Shown here piece after piece: positions 10,933 through 18,848 of a DNA stretch of 32,000 nucleotides; positions within the stretch are counted from its first letter, which is position 1, and every line of letters starts with the position of its first letter. Made by a program: the position numbers and the translations under genes. The notes under the pieces were generated by a model. The model was given only the letters and a program-made list of their open reading frames with translations, did no database searches and was not told the origin of the DNA. Source of the stretch: Halobacteriaceae archaeon GCM10025711 (GTDB taxonomy: Archaea > Halobacteriota > Halobacteria > Halobacteriales > Halobacteriaceae); contig JBHSYX010000001.1 of assembly GCA_042662785.1 (NCBI GenBank), positions 273,679 to 305,678 of the forward strand, in the 5' to 3' direction.

Positions 10933-12429
10933 CTACTGGCTGAGCACGCTGTCGATGAACTCCTGTCCCCGCGTCGTCGCCTCCTCGGGCGAGATGTCGC
11001 CGACGATGGCGCTCTGGAAGTCGGTCGCGAGGCGCTGGAAGATGGCCTGCTGCTGCGGGAACAGCTCCAGCACGCCCCGGTCGATGGCGGTGCCGAGGAC
11101 GTCGGCGTACGGCACCGCGTCCGCCTCGGCCGCGTCCGGATACACCTGGTCGATGTACGACATGTTCCCTTCGTAGGTGAACTCCCACCACTGGCTCGGG
11201 TAGCTCAGGCGCAGGTCGCCGTAGAGCAGCCCCGCCACCTTGTGCGCCGGGTCGGCGAACGGGTTGATGGCGGTGCAGTTCGGCGCGACCAGCGACGCCT
11301 GGGCCGGACTCGGCCCGGTGTTGGCCGCCGGCGGCACCACCGCCCGGTACTCGGTGTCGGCCTCGTACTGTCCGAGGGCCCGCGGCACGAAGTCGCTGAA
11401 CCCGTCGGCGTACGCGATGCGTCCCGCGAGGAACAGGTCGATGATGTCGCCCTCGCCGTACGAGATGACGTCCTCGGGCACCCAGCCGTTGTCGCGCCAC
11501 TCGAACATCTTCTGGAGGACGGTCCGGGACGGTTCAGTGTCGACCCGGATGGTCCCGTCGTCCTGCACGAGTCGCCCGCCCTGCTGGTAGAGCAGCTGGC
11601 GGAACGAGTAGAACAGGTAGACCGGGTTCCCCGCGTAGTAGGCGTAGCCGAAGGTGTCGGTGCCTTCGAAGGCCTGCATGGTCTCTTCGAGCAGGTCCCA
11701 GGTCCATTCGCCCTGGTACCGGCCTGGGTCGAGGCCCTGTTCCTCCACGAGGTCCGGCCGGAGGCTCCCGACCGTCGCCTCGGCGATGTTCGGGAACCCG
11801 TACTGGTGGGTGCCTTCGGTCCGCGGGTCGAGGTCCCACTCGACGAGGCTCCTGAGCGCCGGGATGTAGGTCTCCCACATCTCGTCGGTGTAGAGCGGGT
11901 CGACCCGTTCGAGGAAGCCCTGCTGGACGAACACCGGCGTCAGCGGTCCGTCCACGTTCATCACCTGGGGCTGTCCCTCCTGGGCGCTGAGGAACTGCTG
12001 TTCTTTGAGGTTCGCCTGGTCGACGCCGATCTCGAGCGGCTCGATGGTGATGCCGGTCTTCTCCTCGAAGAGTTCGTGTGTCGCCAGGGTCGCCGGGTCG
12101 AACTCCATGTTGGCCGCGCCGTGGTTGAGTATCTGGAGCGTGTCGACCTCGCTCGCTATCGTGTCCTGCCACCCTTCGGGTGGCTCCCACGGTGCGGTCT
12201 GGAACGACTGTGTTCCGGTCCAGCTCGTGTCCTCCTGCCGGTTCGGTACCCCGGACCGCTGCTCGTTCGTCCAGTTGTTCGCTGCTTCGATGCGCCGTTG
12301 CCGCCAGTTCTCGGCGAATCCGATCTGCTGGGCCGCCTGGAGGTACGGGTCCTCCTGTGCGGCCGCTCCCCCGGTGAATCCGACGAGTCCCGCGGCTCCC
12401 GCTGCTTTCATGAACGCCCGCCGTTTCAC
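10933..12429 (-). CDS. Extracellular solute-binding protein of ABC transporter (sugar type) with Tat signal peptide
   Basis: GTG start. The N-terminus (V)KRRAFMKAAGAAGLVGFTGGAAAQ is a twin-arginine motif plus an h-region. The 498-aa acidic protein is the first gene of the SBP-permease-permease-ATPase cluster. Confidence 0.85.
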   Translation of the reverse strand: MKRRAFMKAAGAAGLVGFTGGAAAQEDPYLQAAQQIGFAENWRQRRIEAANNWTNEQRSGVPNRQEDTSWTGTQSFQTAPWEPPEGWQDTIASEVDTLQILNHGAANMEFDPATLATHELFEEKTGITIEPLEIGVDQANLKEQQFLSAQEGQPQVMNVDGPLTPVFVQQGFLERVDPLYTDEMWETYIPALRSLVEWDLDPRTEGTHQYGFPNIAEATVGSLRPDLVEEQGLDPGRYQGEWTWDLLEETMQAFEGTDTFGYAYYAGNPVYLFYSFRQLLYQQGGRLVQDDGTIRVDTEPSRTVLQKMFEWRDNGWVPEDVISYGEGDIIDLFLAGRIAYADGFSDFVPRALGQYEADTEYRAVVPPAANTGPSPAQASLVAPNCTAINPFADPAHKVAGLLYGDLRLSYPSQWWEFTYEGNMSYIDQVYPDAAEADAVPYADVLGTAIDRGVLELFPQQQAIFQRLATDFQSAIVGDISPEEATTRGQEFIDSVLSQ

Positions 12430-12760
12430 GTGTTCTCCCCCACCAGGTGTTCTCCGTATTGTTGCTTAATTGCTTTGAGAAGATACTGACACGTTGACAT
12501 ATATGCTATCTACCCGGAACGACAAAATAAATCGTGTGTATTGGTGGCACACGAGCTGTTGCTGCAGATTACTATCTGGGTTGTTTACCGATACACCCAA
12601 TTTATTGGGGTTCTAACTATTCGGGGCCGCGCTTCGGCGCCGGCGCACGCACGTCCATGCGTGACCAGCGTCGCACGCGGTGGTCGGTGCGTGGCTGACG
12701 CCTCGGTCGCGGTCGCCGGCCCGGCGTCCGCGTGCTGTGCGGGGTGGTATCGTACCCCAC

Positions 12761-12767
12761 CTATTTG
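12761..12767 (+). promoter_or_regulatory. TATA-like box (CTATTTG) for the SDR gene
   Basis: It lies 25-31 nt upstream of ATG 12792, consistent with a leaderless transcript. Confidence 0.35.
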
Positions 12768-12791
12768 CCGTTCACCGCCCACGTCACCAGC

Positions 12792-13580
12792 ATGGACCTC
12801 GGAATCGACGGCAACACGGCACTGGTCACGGCATCGAGCAGCGGCCTCGGCAAGGCGGCGGCCCGGGCGCTCGCCCGGGAGGGCGCGAACGTCGTCGTCA
12901 ACGGCCGGGACGAGGACCGCCTCGCCGACGCCGTCGCCGACGTCGGAAGCGACGGCGACGGCGACGTCGTCGGCTACGCCGGCGACATCACCGACCCGGA
13001 CGATGTCGAGGCGCTCGTCCAGGCTACCGTGGACGAGTTCGGCGGCGTCGACCACCTCGTCACCTCGGCCGGCGGCCCGCCGAGCGGCCCGTTCCTCGAA
13101 ACCACCGACGAGGACTGGTACGACGCGTTCGACCTGCTCGTGATGAGCGTCGTCCGGGTCGTCCGGGCGGCCGCGCCCCACCTCCAGGACGGCGGCGGCA
13201 GCGTCGTCACCATCACCTCGCGGAGCGTGAAGGAGGCCATCGACTCGCTCGTGCTCTCGAACGCCGTCCGCATGAGCGTCGTCGGCCTGGAGAAGACGCT
13301 CTCGCGCGAACTCGCGCCCGAGGTGCGGGTCAACGCCGTCCTGCCCGGCCCGCACGAGACCCCGCGCATCAGCGACCTCATCCGCCAGGGCGTCGACCGC
13401 GGCGAGTACGAGTCCTACGAGCAGGGACTCGCCGAACGCGGCGCGTCGAACCCGCTCGGCCGCATCGGCGACCCGATGGAACTCGGCGACGCCGTCGCGT
13501 TCCTGAGTTCGCCGAAGGCGGGCTACATCAACGGCGCGGCCGTCCCCGTCGAGGGCGGCCTGAATCGCTCGACCCTCTGA
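12792..13580 (+). CDS. SDR-family oxidoreductase, atypical (beta-ketoacyl reductase-like; canonical Tyr/Lys replaced)
   Basis: Rossmann N-terminus ALVTASSSGLGKAAARALAREGANVVVNGR. By my alignment to E. coli FabG, the YxxxK position reads S-N-A-V-R. The start is taken at MDLGIDG (12792) rather than track start 12732. Confidence 0.8.
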   Translation: MDLGIDGNTALVTASSSGLGKAAARALAREGANVVVNGRDEDRLADAVADVGSDGDGDVVGYAGDITDPDDVEALVQATVDEFGGVDHLVTSAGGPPSGPFLETTDEDWYDAFDLLVMSVVRVVRAAAPHLQDGGGSVVTITSRSVKEAIDSLVLSNAVRMSVVGLEKTLSRELAPEVRVNAVLPGPHETPRISDLIRQGVDRGEYESYEQGLAERGASNPLGRIGDPMELGDAVAFLSSPKAGYINGAAVPVEGGLNRSTL

Positions 13581-13603
13581 GTCTGGGGTTCCTCGGCCTT
13601 GCC

Positions 13604-13642
13604 CACTCGCTCCCTTCGTTCGCGAGTGCACCTGGCCGTTTT
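13604..13642 (+). terminator. Candidate terminator: 7-bp hairpin followed by a T4 run after the SDR gene
   Basis: CACTCGC (13604-13610) pairs with GCGAGTG (13622-13628) around an 11-nt loop. TTTT follows at 13639-13642. The element starts 24 nt after the stop codon. Confidence 0.3.
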
Positions 13643-13718
13643 CTGCACTGCGCCGCGCCGCACCGCACGACTCTCGAATCGCTACCGGTCGAACCCCGCT
13701 TCCTCTCGCGCACAAGAC

Positions 13719-13724
13719 ATTTAG
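13719..13724 (+). promoter_or_regulatory. TATA-like box (ATTTAG) for the lipoprotein gene
   Basis: It lies 25-30 nt upstream of ATG 13749. Confidence 0.35.
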
Positions 13725-13748
13725 CTGCCGGTGCAGTCAGTCGGCCAC

Positions 13749-14642
13749 ATGCCCTCCCGTCGCTCGTTCCTGGTCGCCGGTGCGACGAGCCTCGCCGCGG
13801 TCGCCGGCTGTACGTCCCGGAACACAGGACCGGGGGCCGACAGCACGCGGACGACCACGTCGACCCGAGCCCGGCAGACCACGACCGACGAGGAGAGGAC
13901 GACGGTCCCGTTCGGCGACCCAGTCCCGTCCGGTGCCGCCACTATTACGCCCGTCGCCGCCCGCCACCGGCACTCGGCGTTCTACACCTACGCGTTCGAC
14001 GCGGTCGCAGTGACGGGCTTCGGTGGCCGGCAGGCCGTGTTCGTCGACCTCCAGATTGACGGTCCTCGGCCGGCGTCACCGTTCAGCTTCGTCGCCGGGG
14101 GCGAGCGACACGCCGCCTGGGAGGACGCCTACGACGACGTCCGCCTGTCGCAGCTCCACCACGAGCCGCCGGACGGTGCCGGCCCGTCTTCGGACTGGGT
14201 CGGGTTCGACGTGCCGTGCCCGCTCGACGCGTCCGACCCACACCTGGAGTACCGCGACTCGGGGCAGGTGGTGGCCAGGTGGTCGCTGCCGGACGACCTG
14301 GTGACGGCGCTGGCGGAGCCCGCTCCCGACTTCGAGGTGACGGCGTTCGACGTCGCCGAGACGGTCCCGGCCCGTCAGCCCGTCGAGGCACACGTCGCCG
14401 TGCGGAACCGCGGCCCTGGCGACGGCACGTTTCGGGGCGCCTTCGGGCACGGTGGGCCGGGGATGGACACCGTCAGCATGACGCTTGCCGCCGGCGAAAC
14501 CGGCGAGCGGACCGTCGACGTGCACCTCTTACGGGACGTCGATGAGCCGACCACCGTCGAACTCAGACTGCTCACGCCGGACGCGTCCATCGCTCGGCCG
14601 GTGACGGGGACACCGGCGACCGCGACGACTCGTTCCGGGTAA
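13749..14642 (+). CDS. Secreted Tat lipoprotein of unknown function with C-terminal CARDB-like beta-sandwich
   Basis: MPSRRSFLVAGATSLAAVAGC combines a twin-arginine motif with a lipobox Cys. A Thr-rich linker follows. The C-terminal segment FEVTAFDV...AHVAVRNRGPGDGTF resembles CARDB/Ig-like domains. The start is taken at 13749 rather than GTG 13731. Confidence 0.7.
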   Translation: MPSRRSFLVAGATSLAAVAGCTSRNTGPGADSTRTTTSTRARQTTTDEERTTVPFGDPVPSGAATITPVAARHRHSAFYTYAFDAVAVTGFGGRQAVFVDLQIDGPRPASPFSFVAGGERHAAWEDAYDDVRLSQLHHEPPDGAGPSSDWVGFDVPCPLDASDPHLEYRDSGQVVARWSLPDDLVTALAEPAPDFEVTAFDVAETVPARQPVEAHVAVRNRGPGDGTFRGAFGHGGPGMDTVSMTLAAGETGERTVDVHLLRDVDEPTTVELRLLTPDASIARPVTGTPATATTRSG

Positions 14643-14700
14643 TCGGCGGGATTCGCGGCGTTTAGCATGAACTAAGTACGGTCCCGCAACATTTGCGCGC

Positions 14701-15690
14701 ATGCAGACCCTGCTCCTGAACAAACACGATGTCCACGAGAACACGCCGATGGGCGAACTCATCGGCGCCATCGAGGACGCGTTCGCGGCCTACGAGACGG
14801 GCGACGCCCAGATGCCCGCCAAGTCCTACATCGACCTCCCCCAGTACAACGGCGACTTCCGGTCGATGCCCGCGTACATCGACGCCGGCGACTGGGACGC
14901 CGCGGGCATCAAGTGGGTGAACGTCCACCCGGACAACCCCGACGACTGGGGGCTGCCGACCGTGATGGGGACGATGGTCTACTCGGACCCGCGGAACGCG
15001 TTCCCGCTCGCGCTCATGGACGGCACCGAACTCACGATGAAGCGCACGGGCGCGGCGGCCGCCGTCGCCACCGACCACCTCGCCGTCCCGGACGCCACCA
15101 GCCTCGGCATCGTCGGGGCCGGCGTCCAGTCCTACACCCAGCTCGAAGCCATCTCGCAGGTCCGCGACATCGAGGAGGTCGTCATCAGCGACATCGACGA
15201 CGAGGCCGTCGCGGCGTTCGTCGACCGCTACGAGGGTCGGTTCGACGCGCGCGGCGGGTCCATCAGCGAGGCCGGCCACTGCGACGTCCTCTCGACGGTG
15301 ACGCCCGTCGAGGACCCCATCGTCGCCCCGGAGGACGTGGGCGACCACACCCACGTCAACGCGATGGGCGCGGACGCCGAGGGCAAACACGAACTCGCCG
15401 ACGACCTCCTGCTGGCCGCGAAACTCGTCATCGACGACCACGCCCAGACCACCCACTCCGGCGAGATCAACGTCCCGTACAGCCAGGGCGTCCTGACGGA
15501 CGACGACATCTACGGCGCCATCGGCGAGATAGTGACCGGGAAGGTGGACGGCCGCACGGACGCCGACGGCGTCACCGTCTTCGACAGCACGGGGCTGGCC
15601 ATCCAGGACGTCGCCACCGCCCACATCGTCTACGAGCACGCCAACGAGCACGGCAACGGCACCGAGTTCGACCTCCTCGGCCTCGACTAG
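14701..15690 (+). CDS. Ornithine cyclodeaminase / mu-crystallin family protein (archaeal alanine dehydrogenase-like)
   Basis: 329 aa, with a family-typical N-terminal region and the Rossmann motif LGIVGAGVQS. The overall pattern matches OCD/mu-crystallin family members. Confidence 0.8.
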   Translation: MQTLLLNKHDVHENTPMGELIGAIEDAFAAYETGDAQMPAKSYIDLPQYNGDFRSMPAYIDAGDWDAAGIKWVNVHPDNPDDWGLPTVMGTMVYSDPRNAFPLALMDGTELTMKRTGAAAAVATDHLAVPDATSLGIVGAGVQSYTQLEAISQVRDIEEVVISDIDDEAVAAFVDRYEGRFDARGGSISEAGHCDVLSTVTPVEDPIVAPEDVGDHTHVNAMGADAEGKHELADDLLLAAKLVIDDHAQTTHSGEINVPYSQGVLTDDDIYGAIGEIVTGKVDGRTDADGVTVFDSTGLAIQDVATAHIVYEHANEHGNGTEFDLLGLD

Positions 15691-15892
15691 TCGCCCCCGC
15701 CACCAGGTCGAACAGTTTTCCGAGCAGCCAGACGAGAATCAGGAACGGGAGCAGCGGCAGCAGTATCACGAGCATGCCGAGGAAGACGATCCAGCCGACG
15801 GTGCTCATCCCGGCGTCGGGATGCCCGTGGTAGGGCGGGGTCACCGTCCGGAGCACCCTGACGGGAGCCGGTGGGGGTTCTGCGTCGCTCAT
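15572..15892 (-). CDS. Small membrane protein of unknown function; the real C-terminus is probably near 15687 (68 aa) rather than 15572
   Basis: The ATG at 15892 has TTTATT 25-30 nt upstream. The protein has a Pro-rich N-terminus followed by the hydrophobic stretch WIVFLGMLVILLPLLPFLILVWLLG. The last 40 codons are Arg/Cys-rich and antisense to the OCD 3' end. A 1-nt shift in the G5 run gives ...LVAGGD-stop. Confidence 0.5.
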   Translation of the reverse strand: MSDAEPPPAPVRVLRTVTPPYHGHPDAGMSTVGWIVFLGMLVILLPLLPFLILVWLLGKLFDLVAGATSRGRGGRTRCRCRARWRARRRCGRWRRPGWPAPCCRRR

Positions 15893-15916
15893 ACCCTCGG
15901 GTACGGGCCGCCGGGG

Positions 15917-15922
15917 AATAAA
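15917..15922 (-). promoter_or_regulatory. TATA box (TTTATT) for the small membrane protein gene
   Basis: It lies 25-30 nt upstream of ATG 15892 and is part of the 12-mer TTTATTCCCCGG that is also found upstream of hsp20. Confidence 0.4.
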
Positions 15923-15947
15923 CGTTAGCAGAGCAACAGGTGTTCGG

Positions 15948-18788
15948 CTACTCCAGGTGGATGGCGGGCCGGAACGGCGCGGCGTGCCGCGCCTTGTCCG
16001 CGGGGTCGTGGGCGTCCTCGCCCTCGACGTAGAGTTCGACGTCGGCGTCGAACTCCTCGCGCAGGAAGCCGACGGCGCGGTCGTAGACCGCGTGCTCGTC
16101 GAGCTGCTGGAGCTCCACCAGCTCCTCGTCGCCGTACTCGCGGACGAACGACACCATGTCCTGCACCAGGTCGTTGACCGCGTCGCCCCGGTCGCGCAGA
16201 CTCGGGCGCTGCATCACCTGGCCCATGACCGCGCCGACGTCCGGCCCGGTCTCGACCACGTCGTCGAACACGCGCCACTTCCAGTCGGCGGCGGTGTACA
16301 CCCGGACGACGTCCGGGTCGGTGTCGGTCACGTCCACGACCTCGCGCACGTCGTCCACCAGGTCGGCGACCAGCGCCTCCTCCATCTCGATGCGGGTGCG
16401 CTCCAGGGTGGGGTCGGCTTCCGGCCACGCCGCCTCCTCGACGGGCTCGCCGGTCAGCTGTTCGTGGAGTTCGTTCGCCATGAACGGGACGATGGGCGCG
16501 AGCAGGCGCAGCCGGGTCGCCAGCACGTGGCGGAGCGTCCACCGGGCGCCCGGCCGGCTGGTGTCGGTGCGCCGGCGGTACCACCGCAGGTCCTCCTCGA
16601 ACCGGTAGAACGCCTCCTGGCTCGCCGCCCGGGTCTCGAACCGGTCCATCGACCCCGTGGCCGCCTCGACGACCGCCTGGAGCTTCGACAGCAGCCACCG
16701 GTCGATATGTTCGATCTCGTCCTCGTCGCCCGCCGGCCCGTCGATTATCTCCTGGGCGCGGTTCCAGAACCGGTCGAGCTGGGCGCGGGTGGACTCGACC
16801 TCGTCGGCCCGCCAGTCGAAGTCCTGCCAGGGCTCCGCGGAGTTCAGCAGGAAGAAGCGGACCGTGTCCGCGCCGTACCGCTCGATGGCGTCCGTCGGGA
16901 GGACGACGTGTCCCTTCGAGGACGACATCTTCTCGCCCTCCAGCAGGCCCATCCCCATCGTGGTGACGCCCTGGGGCCAGTTCGGCTCGTCGAACAGCTC
17001 CGCGTGGTGGAACAGGTAGAACGTGAGGTGGTTGCTGATGAGGTCGTTGGCCGAACACCGGTAGTCGACCGGGTACCAGTAGTCCCACTCCTCGCGCAGT
17101 TCCAGTGCCGTCTCGTGCGGGTCGCTGACGGCCTCCGGCCCGTAGAACAGCGTGTCGAAGAACTCGTGGGTGAGGTCGTCGACGGGCACGTCCTGGATGC
17201 GGTGGGCGATGGTGTAGTACGCCATGTAGATGGTCGAGTCCGACAGCGGCTCGATGACGAACTCGTCGTCCCACGGCAGCTTCGTGCCCAGGCCGTAGTT
17301 CCGGATGCACGGCCACTCGTTCAGCCAGTCGACCGTGTGGTGGAACTGGTCGCGGGTGTTCTCCGGGATGGCGTCCATCCCGTCGACGGCCGCGTGCGTG
17401 GCGTCCTTCCAGTCGGGGTCGTTGTACCGCAGGAACCACGTCTCCTGTTTCGCCACCTCGACGTCGCCGCCGCACCGGCAGACCACCTCCTCGGAGAACT
17501 CGTACATCGCGTCGAAGTCGCCCTGGGACTGGTAGTGGGCTTTGAGGTCGTCGCGGGCGTCCTCGACCACCTCGCCCGCGAACTCGCCGTACATGTCCCG
17601 GAGCACGCCGCTGTGGAACTCGCGGTTGTAGACCTCCTGGGTGGCCTCCTCCAGGGCGGGGTCGTCGGTGGCCTCGATGCCGCGCTCCTCGACGGCGGTC
17701 TGTGCGGGGTACTCGCCGTAGCCCTCGATGTCGAGGATGGCGACCGGTTCGATGGCCGCCACCTCGGCCGGGTCGAGGCCGTACTCGCGCATGCGTTCCT
17801 CGTCGGCTTTCGCCTCCTGGAGCGCCACCCAGTCGTCCGGGCTGTGGGCCGGGACGGACATCACGACGCCCGTCGCGTTGTCGGCGTCGACGAACGTGGC
17901 GGGCAGGATGGGCACCTCGTCGCCCGTCACCGGGTTCGTGACGCGGTCGCCGACCAGGTCGCTGCCCGGGAACGTCCGCTCCACGACGACGTCGCGCTCC
18001 TGGAGTTCGAGCTTCTCGACGGCCTGCTCGGAGACGACCCACTTCTCGCCGTCGACGGACGCCTGGACGTACGTCGCCTCGGGGTGGACGTACGCGTTCG
18101 TGACGCCGTGGACCGTCTCCGGGCGGAGCGTCGCCATCGGCATCACGGTGTCGCCGGCGGCGAACTTGATGAGCGTGTACTCCTGGAACTCGGCGTTCTC
18201 GCCCTCCAGCAGATCGTGGGTGGTGACCGGGTTCCGCTCCTCGGTGCAGTACTTCACCGGGTGGAGCCCCTTCTCCAGTTTGCCGTGGTCCTTGAGCGTC
18301 TCGTACTGCCAGGTGATGAACTTCGAGTAGCGGTCGTCGTTCGTGGTGAACTCGCGCCGCCAGTCGATGGACAGCCCGAGTTTCCGCATGTTCTTCTTGT
18401 AGTGGTTCTCGATGAAGTAGCGGGCGAAGCCCATCGGCGTCTCCAGGTCCTGCAGTTCGTCCTCGGGCACGTCGTAGGTGTCCCGGAGCACGGAGAGCTG
18501 CTCCTCCTCGCCCTTCTTCAGGCGGTTGACGGCGCCGATGATGGGCGTCCCCGTCACGTGCCACGCCAGGGGGAACAGGACGTTGTCGCCCTGGAGGCGG
18601 CGGTACCGGGCGTACACGTCCGGGACGGTGTAGGTCCGGGCGTGCCCGATGTGCATCCCGCCGCTCGGGTACGGGTAGGGGACCGTGATGAACGTGGCGT
18701 CCTCGTCCGTCGGGTCGACCTCGAACCGGCCCGACTCCTCCCATCGGGACTGCCACTTCCGCTCGATATCCCGCGGGTCGTAGGTCAT
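15948..18788 (-). CDS. leuS: Leucine--tRNA ligase (archaeal type)
   Basis: 946 aa with the HIGH motif (GGMHIGHARTY), a KMSKS-type motif (EKMSSSKGHV) and the archaeal LeuRS N-terminus DIERKWQSRWEE. The reading frame is intact. Confidence 0.95.
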   Translation of the reverse strand: MTYDPRDIERKWQSRWEESGRFEVDPTDEDATFITVPYPYPSGGMHIGHARTYTVPDVYARYRRLQGDNVLFPLAWHVTGTPIIGAVNRLKKGEEEQLSVLRDTYDVPEDELQDLETPMGFARYFIENHYKKNMRKLGLSIDWRREFTTNDDRYSKFITWQYETLKDHGKLEKGLHPVKYCTEERNPVTTHDLLEGENAEFQEYTLIKFAAGDTVMPMATLRPETVHGVTNAYVHPEATYVQASVDGEKWVVSEQAVEKLELQERDVVVERTFPGSDLVGDRVTNPVTGDEVPILPATFVDADNATGVVMSVPAHSPDDWVALQEAKADEERMREYGLDPAEVAAIEPVAILDIEGYGEYPAQTAVEERGIEATDDPALEEATQEVYNREFHSGVLRDMYGEFAGEVVEDARDDLKAHYQSQGDFDAMYEFSEEVVCRCGGDVEVAKQETWFLRYNDPDWKDATHAAVDGMDAIPENTRDQFHHTVDWLNEWPCIRNYGLGTKLPWDDEFVIEPLSDSTIYMAYYTIAHRIQDVPVDDLTHEFFDTLFYGPEAVSDPHETALELREEWDYWYPVDYRCSANDLISNHLTFYLFHHAELFDEPNWPQGVTTMGMGLLEGEKMSSSKGHVVLPTDAIERYGADTVRFFLLNSAEPWQDFDWRADEVESTRAQLDRFWNRAQEIIDGPAGDEDEIEHIDRWLLSKLQAVVEAATGSMDRFETRAASQEAFYRFEEDLRWYRRRTDTSRPGARWTLRHVLATRLRLLAPIVPFMANELHEQLTGEPVEEAAWPEADPTLERTRIEMEEALVADLVDDVREVVDVTDTDPDVVRVYTAADWKWRVFDDVVETGPDVGAVMGQVMQRPSLRDRGDAVNDLVQDMVSFVREYGDEELVELQQLDEHAVYDRAVGFLREEFDADVELYVEGEDAHDPADKARHAAPFRPAIHLE

Positions 18789-18810
18789 ATGCTACCCCTT
18801 ACGGCCACAG

Positions 18811-18827
18811 CCTAAAAGACCTATTAT
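18811..18827. promoter_or_regulatory. Back-to-back divergent TATA boxes (leuS on -, hypothetical gene on +)
   Basis: The + strand reads CCTAAAAGACCTATTAT. CTTTTAGG on the - strand lies 23-30 nt upstream of leuS ATG 18788. CTATTAT on the + strand lies 22-28 nt upstream of ATG 18849. Confidence 0.45.
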
Positions 18828-18848
18828 CGTGACTGGCGGGCCTGTCAG

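Noticed and set aside
9956-11500. Upstream 515-codon extension of the permease ORF 9026..11500
   Set aside because: The extension is Arg/Gly/Pro-rich and overlaps the other permease gene and the SBP gene in a different frame. The ATG at 9955 with an ATGA overlap gives a normal 309-aa MalG-type permease.
10915-12489. 524-aa + strand ORF antisense to the substrate-binding protein gene
   Set aside because: It has no motifs and is the mirror frame of a well-supported Tat-signal SBP gene.
12504-12614. 36-codon ORF (MLSTRNDKINRVYWWHTSCCCRLLSGLFTDTPNLLGF) in the AT-rich spacer
   Set aside because: Its codon usage (AT-rich third positions) and composition (Cys/Trp-rich, basic) are unlike any real gene in this window. 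It is probably a chance ORF in promoter DNA.
12585-14059. ORFs of 376 aa (- strand, 12585..13715) and 459 aa (+ strand, 12680..14059) overlapping the SDR gene
   Set aside because: These are off-frame or antisense Arg/Gly/Pro-rich products. Only frame 12792..13580 has the Rossmann/SDR pattern.
15925-18815. Two ORFs of more than 940 aa (15925..18756 on - and 15957..18815 on +) overlapping leuS
   Set aside because: Only frame 15948..18788 carries the LeuRS motifs (HIGH, KMSKS-like). The others are Arg/Gly/Pro-rich or Val/Asp/Leu-rich nonsense typical of off-frame GC-rich sequence.
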